Shown here in pieces: positions 54,480 through 64,000 of a DNA stretch of 64,000 nt. Position 1 is the first letter of the stretch. Each line of letters begins with the position of its first letter. Where the stretch lies: positions 8,835,337 to 8,899,336 of the forward strand of contig CM082586.2 of NCBI GenBank assembly GCA_040954595.2. The letters are read 5' to 3'. A program made the position numbers and the translations under genes. Source of the DNA: Balanoglossus misakiensis (taxonomy: Eukaryota > Animalia > Hemichordata). The notes under the pieces are model-generated. The model was given only the letters and a program-made list of their open reading frames with translations. It was not told the origin of the DNA and did no database searches.

Positions 54480-55735
54480 AATAATAATAATTTATTTATA
54501 TAGCGTCAGTATCCACAAAAATGTGATCAATGACGCTTAAAGCAAAAATACAATACAACAAATGGCTAAAAAAACAGATTTAAAGAGTCAAGTTTTAACA
54601 TTTGATTTAAAAACAGATAAGTCTGGTGCCTGGTGAATGTTGAGTGGAAGAATATTCCAAAGAATTGGAGCAGCAACAGTAAAAGCACGATCACCATAAC
54701 TCCTGGTGCGTGATCGAACAGGGCAGAGTTTGAACTGATCAGCTGACCTTAAATTGCGACACGGAACATACAGATCAGTCATGTTAGAAAGATATATTGG
54801 ACCAAGTTTATGAATGGATTTAAAAATGAGAACTAACATCTTAAAAACAATACGCTCTGTAAAAGGTAGCCAGTGCAACTGATACAAAATTGGAGTGATG
54901 TGACAGGTGATTTTTGAACGAGTAACAATTCTAGCAGCAATATTCTGAACGCGTTGAATACGGTTGATTGAATACTTCGGGAGCCCAAATAAAAGTGAAT
55001 TACATGAATCAATTCGAGAAGTAATAAATGCATGAACTAATTGCTCTGTAGCAGATTGAGATAAATATTTGCAATAAGTGCAATGCGACGTAAATGAAAA
55101 GTGGCAGCGCGGCAGATCTGTCCAATATGTGGCTTCATTGTCAGACAAGAGTCAAGGATCACTCCAAGGCTCTTAGCCTGACAATGGACGGGAATCAGAG
55201 AATCGCCAACACGAATTTCTGAAATCCCTCTAGCAGACAGATCACCCGAAGTACCAGAGAAAATAACAAATTCAGTCTTATCATCGTTTAAGCACAAGAA
55301 GTTTTCAGACATCCAAAACCTAACATCGGATATACAAAGTTCAAGATTTGAAACAGTTCTTGCTGCGTTGTCTTTACAAAAAGACATATAAAGGGAAGAG
55401 TCATCTGCATAAAAACTATAAAGACAACCATGACTTTGAACTAATTCACCTAATGGAGACGTGTACATATTGAAAAGTATGGGACCAAGAACTGATCCCT
55501 GTGGTACCCCAGTGTCGAGCGGATAGAAAGGTGATTGGGTGGAATTTACAAGTATACACTGACTACGATTGGAAAGGTATGACTTAAACCACATGAGAAC
55601 AGTATCTGAGAGACTAAAGCGGTCTCTTAAGCGATTGAGTAAAATGGTAAGGTTCACAGTGTCAAATGCTGCGGAAAGATCGAGTAATACCAAGAAAACC
55701 TCTCTTTTTTCATCAAGAGCAAGCAAAATGTCAGA
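54480..55735 (-). mobile_element. 5'-truncated L2/CR1-group LINE (RT, one frameshift)
   Basis: LLDLSAAFDTV, GVPQGSVLGPILF, YADD, LHWLP, YGDRAF; frameshift near 55060; (TTA)n tail at 54480-54490. Confidence 0.92.
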
Positions 55736-57944
55736 AGAGTGAAACTCCAAAGGTTTAAATTTTCTGATGCCTCTAAGTCTGTGATGAGTCTATTTGGAAT
55801 GAAAGACCAAAACATGTTCGTCTTCTTATTTGTCGTCGCTACTTTAATTCTTATTTACTTTAAATTTAAGTTGATACAGAGATTGGTTGCAAACAACATT
55901 CTCCAGAAGTCTTTGAATGCATCCCATTCTTATCAATTTTAATCTTTAAAAAATGTTATACAAATCGAGTTGATATACCAGTAATAGCAATTACCCCCCC
56001 CCCCCCCCCATATTGGCTTTGAAACCGGGAGTGTATCTCCGCCCCTGACTAAGTTTCGGGGGCAGGGTAAAACCATACTTAACCCCCCCCCCCCCACCAT
56101 GCACAAAATCCCCGCTTAACCCCCCCCCCCCACCCCCCCCCCGCCAATGATCATATTTTACACCAATAGGGATATGGATTTAAAGAATGGCGCAATCACT
56201 GTGAATAACTGAAGTATAAAAATCAAAGATAACAGAAGCGCTCATTTTGTTGTTTATGGAACATACAGTGTAATTGGCTGAGAGGCTTCATGTATCAGTA
56301 ATTTGACGCCAATCAAACTAATCTTTAACGAAAGTCGCTGATCGAAGAAAGTGCATTTGTAGCAATGTGTGTGACATGAATACAGTTGAATTCAATTTTT
56401 GGAACAATACTGAGAAAATTGTCAATCATAACAGATACTGGAGCTTTTACAATAATATTTGTTCACTTTATTTCGTTCCATTTCTCCCCTTTTTATTATT
56501 TGCATTTAATCAGTAATCAATTTATTCAGCTATTAATTTTTATCATAAATCAATTGTGTTCAGAAAATATGTAACTTTGTCCCCGTACAAGAAATTGCTT
56601 CCTGCACCCCTGAAAAAGTGAAAATGTGCAAATCTAAGCAACAAAATATCATTAAGGAAATTCAACTTTTGGTGCATTTAATCTCTTTTATTTAGTACTG
56701 TCTTTATGAAATTACATTCTCTAGTGAGAGCAGCGCAGAGACACAGGAGAACAGAACTTTTGTCTCTCTTTTCGAGCGTCCACATCGCTTCATATATTGC
56801 TGTGGCGTTAAAGTCGGCTGTTACAATAACATTGATTGTGTAACAACGAACTACAAATTCTCACCAATATTCATAAGCTTTTCCATGCCATCGTCAATGA
56901 AAACGGCACTGGCATTCTGATTTGTAGATCATACAGCGGAGTTGGTATTCCCTGGAGAAAGTCGCTGTCGAGAATAGCCGATCTTGGTATTGGGAACATA
57001 GTCGAATAATGGATTTTGATAACAGCGGTATGCCATCGAAGCCTGCTCTGTAGAAATATGTTTTGTCGGGACTGCAAAACCTGCCCGACACAAGTCCGAC
57101 ATTTAGCCGTCGTGCATTACCATGATAAACATGACAAGGCAAAGTTGTGAAAAACCGACTTTGTCATCTCAAAAAAACCTGCCGGTGTACATGATGCAGA
57201 ATTCCGGCATGCCAGTCGAAACTTTCCCGGTACCTTTTTGTTGATGGCGAATACCGTTTGCCACACAAAATTTCGACGTGTCATTTGTGAAGTCACAGCA
57301 GACCTGGCTGTATGATGCGACAATCTACGACAAGAATCACGTGGTTGTCAGTTGCATTTAAATTTTTATTCGTAATCTGCTCTTTAAAAACTGTACATCA
57401 TGTTCTGACAGACTTCACCTTTACCAGAAAATGCATTTAGTTAAATCGTATAGATTTTCGAAATTCTAAGTATCAATCACAATTCGGAAAAAAATGCATG
57501 GTTGTCTCTATACATGGTTTCTATATATCTACCCAGTGCCCGTCAGTAGCCAAAACCACTTAACTGTGCAACCCGGTCGGGCATTTTATTTTCTATCAAA
57601 CACAAACAAAAATCTATTCATGGATGCGTCAATGAAGCACGCCAAAACAGGATCCCAACCAATCACAACGATGTATATTTCTGGCCATGTTACACCGATG
57701 TTTTTATGTGATATGGCGGCAGATGTATGACCTGTCATACTGTCCCTACGTTCCAACAAGTCAGCTACTGACCGGAAAATTAATTTTTTTGGTGAAAAAA
57801 CATTTTATTGTTTATATTGTTTAACGTTAAAATTTTACTCTGTCTCTGGGCATGCAAGCCTTACCCTATGTGCAGCGCAATATATTATTAGCATGCTTGT
57901 CGCACATCAGCAATCAAGTAGGCGTAGGTTGGCATTATATTATA

Positions 57945-58036
57945 TGCAATAATTGAAGCATTGGTGGCCTAGTTGGGTGGCTAGATGGTGGGCCATCCAG
58001 CCACCCAACCAGCCCAACAAGGCTACAATTATTGCA
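57945..58036. repeat. ~90-bp imperfect hairpin
   Basis: tgcaataattg...gttgggtggctagatgg / ccatccagccacccaac...caattattgca. Confidence 0.7.
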
Positions 58037-58186
58037 GCTAGGCAGGCATGGAATGTAAGGCTAATTGAATTCAATTACTCAGAATGACTATCCTCGAATC
58101 GTATAGCACAACGCAATTCGCTGATCGCGGTTTCGGCGGTCAAATCATAGAAAGCTCGTACAGCAATTTTGTAACCAATCCAATAA

Positions 58187-59018
58187 GGGACCGTTCAGTT
58201 TTTACGGCTGGGGGGGGGGGTTGGCAAGTTTGTGTCATCGGTTTTCAAAATCAGGCCAACCCCCCCCCCCTTCACCCAGGACCAAAAAAACGACGACCCC
58301 CCCCCCTTGACAGGCCTAACAATATGATGACCCCCCCCCCTCTCCGAAAACATTCGCCGTCATGATCCTATGTACACTGTATGCAATAAAGGGAATGAGG
58401 CTCCTCAACACGTCAATTATAATTTTCTTAAAGTAATTGAAGTATATAATAGTATATCATTGCAATAAAGAAATCTATGAATAAATTAAAATGACAAGTC
58501 AATACAATAGTTGGTAGGATTGGTAAAACAAGAAAAGTGTCGGGGTTGGGCGTGGGAGGGGGTGTCCCCCTCCCACATAAGAAAATTTTGTAAAATACGG
58601 TGCTCAAAGTTGCATTTTAATGAACTCAAAAGCAAATTAACTCAATGTTAGGGAGGAATTTTTTTTTAATTTTGCCACTCCACTCAAAGTAAGCATCGGG
58701 GATGGGGTGGCAAGAAGCGTGCCCTGGTACACTAGACAAACCAGCGAATAAATGCAACGTGGTGAAGAATGGAGGGGGTGTCCCCCTCCCACATAAGAAT
58801 TTTTTTTGTAAAATACGGTGATCAAAGTTGCATTTTAACGAACTCAAAGGCATATTAACTCAATGTTGGCGAGGACAAATTTTAATGTTGACACTCCACT
58901 CAAAGTAAGCATCGGTGGGGTGGGGTGGCAAGTAGTCTGCCCTGGTACACTAGACAAACCAGCCAATAAATGAAATGTGGCGAAGAATGAAGGGGGTGGG
59001 TTCGGGAGGGGGTGTCCC
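58187..59018 (+). mobile_element. Second copy of the 4940-6077 Harbinger-like element, right end not seen
   Basis: TAA + gggaccgttcagtttttacgg; colinear with 4940-5550; ~240-bp internal subrepeat units. Confidence 0.85.
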
Positions 59019-59441
59019 CAATCTGATTAAAATCAGATGTAGGGAACGGCGACGTGGTTTTTTTATGCTGTCGCCTCACACTACATCTGACCAACTCTCA
59101 CTGGAGCTCCCGTTGAAATCGACGGGATTTACTGGGCGAATAAACCAATCAGAAGGCGCCTTATAGCAAACGATAGGCATTCCACAATCACATGACCTAG
59201 CCCCTTGGGTTGTTACCATGGAGCCACCACAATCTGATTAAAATCAGATGTAGGGAACGGCGACTTGTTTTTTATGCTGTCGCCTCACACTACATCTGAC
59301 CAACTCTCAATGGAGATCCCGCTGAACTCTACGAGATTTACTGGGAATATAAACCAATCAGAAGGCGCCTTATAGCAAATGATAGGCAACCCACAATCAC
59401 ATGACCTGGCCCCTTGCGGTTGTTACCATGGAGCTACCACA
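59019..59441. repeat. ~211-bp tandem duplication of a dispersed repeat
   Basis: caatctgattaaaatcagatgtagggaacggcgac at 59019 and 59230; same head at 198-235. Confidence 0.85.
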
Positions 59442-59766
59442 GACATATATCCCGGGCGCGAGAGTCGAATCCAGCGTGGGGAATGGTTTCGAGCCAGTTC
59501 AGCGTGACGACTGAACCTCTATATTCCACCGGTCAACGAAATGTATAAGACGTGGCAACAAGTCGCAGTAAAATTGTTAGACAATCGATTAAATTTGTGT
59601 AAGGCCGTCCCAGGGAGAGATTCTGTCGCCACGATCGTTTGTATACACCAGCAGAGTGTACCGACCGACTGCACAGTGCACTGATTTGACTAGCTCTGCG
59701 TGCAGGTCTGTGTGCTTGAAATGCACGCGGGGTTCGATTGTACTTAGAGAATGGAACGGAGACGTG

Positions 59767-59916
59767 TGTCAAGTAACAACACTAAGCAACTTCTACTTTA
59801 TTACCGGTACCATGCTCTACACGTACCCTTCAAGTGGGCGTGGTTACATACCAGAGAGTGGGCGGGTAAACGTACATATATGGAACACTAATTACTAATT
59901 CATACTGTTCTCAACA
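59767..59916 (-). repeat. 3' LTR (~150 bp) of the BEL/Pao element
   Basis: Minus strand: purine-rich ggcgggcggagtga (PPT), then TGTTGAGA...AATAAA...TTGACA; distal boundary inferred. Confidence 0.65.
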
Positions 59917-60215
59917 TCACTCCGCCCGCCGAAATGGTTGGCGACAGAAACTCAGATCAATCAGTTGGTTGCTATAAAGCCTAATTCTAAACAGATGTCG
60001 ACCTTGGTACTAGAATTAAATCTAACTATCGAAGTTTAACGACAGATGAAAATCTAACATGTTTACGTTAACGGTCACAGAATCAATATTAAACAAACAG
60101 CTTTCAAACAATATACTAGTAACTTGCTCCCGAAAAGGAACTGCAGTTTACATTAACTAATACAACTGAACGATGTTTATTACTGTGAAACATTACTTCT
60201 CAGTTCAAGTCAGTT

Positions 60216-63200
60216 TCACAGAGCATACGACCATTTTTTGATACGTTCACGTGCCTTCACTGCTGCGGCACGACTAATTCTATCGGGCTGGGTATGGTTT
60301 ACTTGTCCATTTGTACCAGCCTTGTCATTGTCAATTTCAGAGTCAACTCTGTCAGTGTCAGTTTTGACGGCAAGTTCCATAATCGGATACAGTTTCTTAA
60401 TAGGGCGATTAGTACGGCCATACCGAGTTTTTATTTCGGCAGATCGCACAAGATTGTCATTGCCGTAATTCAATCCTTCCACTACTGCTAAGTTCCATTT
60501 CATACGTGGTGTACGGCTGTCCTCAACTAAAACGACATCGCCGACATTGATGACGTTCTCTGTTCGTCCTTCCCTTTTCACCATGTCTCTTTCACGAAGT
60601 GATGTCAAATATTCCCTCGACCATCTCTGCCAGAAATGATCAAGCAACTTGGCCAGGTAATCCGCACGAGTTTGTAGCGCTGACTTGGTGATCCCATATG
60701 TCGGATCCTTCATTTCGTCGATGTCAGGCGTGTCATAGGGCAACCCTGTAAGTTGTCTGCCATGTAACAAGTGAGACGGTGTCAGCGGCTGCGGGTCTCC
60801 GTGATTTGTGGACGTATAAGTGAGAGGACGATCATTGATGATTGCTTCAACTTCTGTCAAAACAGTTTGTAGTTCGTCGAACGTAACAAAGGACCGCCCA
60901 AGTACTTTCTTCAGTGCGGTTTTCGTGATGCCTATTAATCGCTCGTAAAATCCCCCAAACCATGGGGCACGCTTTGGTATGAATTTCCAGTCAATTCTGC
61001 TGTCAGCCAAATACGTCTTGACAACAGGAGACTCAAAAAGTCGTTGTAGTTCATCTGCTGCACATTCGTATGTTGTCGCGTTGTCGGAAATCATGTAGCG
61101 TGGTGTCGATCGTCTCGCTGAAAACCGACGGAAGGCGCGGAGGAAACTTTGCGTCGACAAGTCATGTACTAGCTCCAGATGAACGGCACGCGTAACTGCG
61201 CACGTGAACAGACAGACGTAGGCCTTGCATCCACCCCTTTCTTCCTTCACGTAGAACGCCCCAGTGAAGTCCACGCCAGTCACTGTAAACGGCGGGGCTT
61301 CTAACAGTCTGAGTGTCTGAAGTGGTGCGGTTACTGGAGCTTTGAAGGGTTTGCTATGGATTCTCCTACACGTGACACAGTTTCGTAGATAGGTCTTCAC
61401 TACCTGTCTTATTTTGGTGATCCAGAACCGTTTGCGGATATACGTAACCGTCGAGGTTAGCCCTCCATGCGCGACTTTCTTGTGTGCATCTGCTATAAGT
61501 AGCTGTGTGAAATGTTCCTTCGCTGGTAGCAGTGCGGGAAACTTTGTATCATAGTCCAGAGGTGCGTTATGAAGTCTACCTCCGACGCGGATCAGTTCTT
61601 GATCATCCATGAATAGGCGAAGCTGCTTGGCCAAAGTTCCCAATTTGCCTTTCTCTGACTGTAGTAAATCGATTTCACTACTGTAATGCCTTCGCTGAAC
61701 GCTCAAAATCCACATTCTCTCAGCGTCGCGTATTTCTGTACCTGAGATAGGTCCGACATTTCTTTTATCGCGGGCTTTTCTGCAGTTTGAAACGAATCTT
61801 CTCACGTGAGCGGTAATACGTAACAGTTTGGCGTATGAGCTGTAGCGAGTCGCGTGTATAACAGTCGCTATGTCTTCACACGTGTCACCATGGCGACGCG
61901 GAGTAGCGATGGCCTCAAATGACCCGGTGATCTGAGCTTGGTCGCGTTCATCAATAGCGGCTGCATTGAAGTTGACAGTTGACGCGGGCCATTCACCGTT
62001 TTTCAGCCAATATGGGCCGGTCCACCATAGTGCATTCTCACGTAGTTTACAAGCGGCGATTCCACGTGTGATAATGTCCGCCGGATTGCTGTCAGTAGGG
62101 CAATAATTAAACACATCCACTGGTGTTGATTTGATTTCTCGTACGCGGTTCCCAACGAAAGTTGGTAAAGTTCGACGGCTGTTAATCCAGTGTAATACTA
62201 TTTGGCTGTCGGACCATAAGACGCACTGTGTGATTTTGATGTTTCCCTGCTGCATGAGGCTATTTCGGATGAATTTCAACAGGCGGGCTGCAATCAACGC
62301 GGCCAGCAATTCCAGGCGTGGAAGCGTGATGGGCTTTGTTGGGGCAACTCTAGTCTTGGACATGACAAGAGCAGTGTTGTTGCCATGGCGAAGATAAGCG
62401 ACGGCACCGTACGCCTTGACACTGGCATCTGCAAACACATGTAATTCATAAGGTTCTCGACATTAGCCTGGCATTCGAAGTATTTCCTGTTGATCGAGAA
62501 CTCATCTGTTGCGGTAATTAAGTCTCTGCGTATGTTCGTCCAAGTGTCACTCAGAATTTGCGGTAGTGGTTCGTCCCATTGTACATTTTGTTTCCAAACT
62601 TCTTGAATGAGACATTTTGCCTTCACTAGTATAGGCGCGAGAAGTCCAAGCGGGTCATACATCTTTGCGGTGTTGCGGACGATTTCTCTCTTAGTTACCA
62701 GATTTCCGTTGTCAAGTTCCTTTCGTTTGTACGAAATTGCATCAGACTCAGTGTTCCAAAGTAGGCCGAAGGCATTCACCGTTGTGTCGTTGTCTAAATC
62801 CTGATGCTGCTTCGCTAGGTCGCGTAATTCCGAACAGTTCGAGGCCCACGAACGGAGATTGAAACCGCCCTTATCCATTACCGACTTGGCTTCACTGTAG
62901 TAATCACACGCATCATCTTCAGCGTCTACTCCACTCAAGACGTTATCGACGTAGATGTTTTCTTTGATGTCGCGACACACGTTTGAGATATTTGAGTCCA
63001 GGTGTGTTTGGACGACCGCGTTTAAAATGAAGGGCGACGACACTGCACCAAACAAAACTGTCTTGAAACGGTAAACGTCAAACTTGCTTTCCGGATCGCG
63101 GTAGTCCGATGGCCATAAAAACTTCGTATAGTCGCGGTCTTCGTTGTGTAACCCGATCTGTAGAAAGGCTTTCTCTATGTCTGCCGACAGTGCGAACCGA

Positions 63201-64000
63201 TGCATACGAAAGCGAATCAATATCGAAGTCAGATCGTTCAGTAACGGAGCCCCTGTCGACAAACAGTCATTTAGACTTGCTCCGTTTCCTGCCTGGCAAC
63301 TGCAATCATACACGATTCTTATCGGAGTTGTTCCGGAATCCTTCTTAACTGGATGATGTGGAAGATAGTGGCCTTCTGTTGTGTCATCGTCCGTTACTAA
63401 TTCTATAAACCCCTTTCGTGTTTGTTCCTGTATGATATTATCATACGCAAGTCGTGACTCCATGTCCAATCTTCTCACCATGGCGCGCGTGCGATTGTTA
63501 GTTATCTTGTAGTTCGTTGGCAGGGGTGGGTGGTCTGGTTTCCATGGAAGGCGGGCGACGTAATGGCCATCTTGGAAATCGATATTGTCTTTGCAGTAAG
63601 TTTCATATCCTGTCATTTTATCGTTTATTTGTGGATCTCCCTTGACGCCGATTGTCTCTAAGTCCCAAAAGGCTTTCAGATCCGATTCTTCCTGTCTTAG
63701 CTCTGTGGCGATGTGCAGAACGGTGTTTGTTTTCAGATCGCGGGTGTGAGTCGGTCCCGATAGAAGATATCCCAATTTCGATTTCACAGCTGTTGGCCCC
63801 TTTCCGCGGATGATCTCATCTTCAATCAACTGCCAATAATAATCGGCTCCGAGAAGTATAGATATTTCGAAAGTGTCCGAATCTGAGTGCGGGTGCGCGA
63901 AGTTCAAACCCCTTAAATGCGGTAGCTCTAATATAGAGGGGCTGATGAGATTCCTCAAGGGCGCCGATATTTTGGGCACGACTAGCGCGGTAATATCTAG
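60216..64000 (-). CDS. pol: BEL/Pao pol polyprotein (RT, Pao RNase H, integrase, DUF5641-like), one frameshift near 62445-62465
   Basis: YLPHHPV, ADIEKAFLQI, YVDNV, DPLGLLAP; second frame ELHVFADAS, WSDSQIVL, NPADIITRG, GVDFTG, SDNAT, APWFGGFYERLIG, FWQRWSREYL. Confidence 0.93.

Larger units (their letters stand above)
59767..64000 (-). mobile_element. BEL/Pao LTR retrotransposon (continues past the window end)
   Basis: Protease tail-RT-RNaseH-integrase order with Pao motifs, PPT and LTR. Confidence 0.95.

Noticed and set aside
56871-57323. GC-richer segment with minus-strand ORFs
   Set aside because: No recognisable protein or consistent exon boundaries
60238-63356. Plus-strand ORFs within the retrotransposon
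   Set aside because: Antisense shadows of pol

Overview
AT-rich, intron-containing, repeat-dense animal genomic DNA (GT-AG introns, microsatellites, LINE relics; marine-invertebrate-like, taxon is inference only). The main structure, which the ORF track shows only in pieces, is a 10,500-bp apparently intact Kolobok-type DNA transposon (43945-54444). It has 16-bp perfect TIRs and a TTAA target duplication. It carries two convergent spliced genes that I rebuilt by hand with consistent splice phases: a 13-exon, 742-aa DDE transposase (minus strand, one GC-AG intron, no THAP domain, N-terminus resembling the ZNF653/ZNF692 N-terminal motif) and a 4-exon, 225-aa KolX/P2X7-ballast-like gene (plus strand). 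A second reconstructed gene (7 exons, ~206 aa, 13460-20729) encodes an orphan single-pass coiled-coil membrane protein. Its stop codon lies in the first of 12 near-identical 87-bp repeats. In the gene's frame the repeats contain only TGA stops, and that frame ends in a hydrophobic tail. Also present: the 3' part of a BEL/Pao LTR retrotransposon with its LTR, a deleted Tc1/mariner, L2-, Rex- and RTE-like LINE relics, many MITEs, tiny hairpin insertions with target duplications, and a 4-kb concentric triple inverted repeat. All family assignments come from motif recognition, not database searches.
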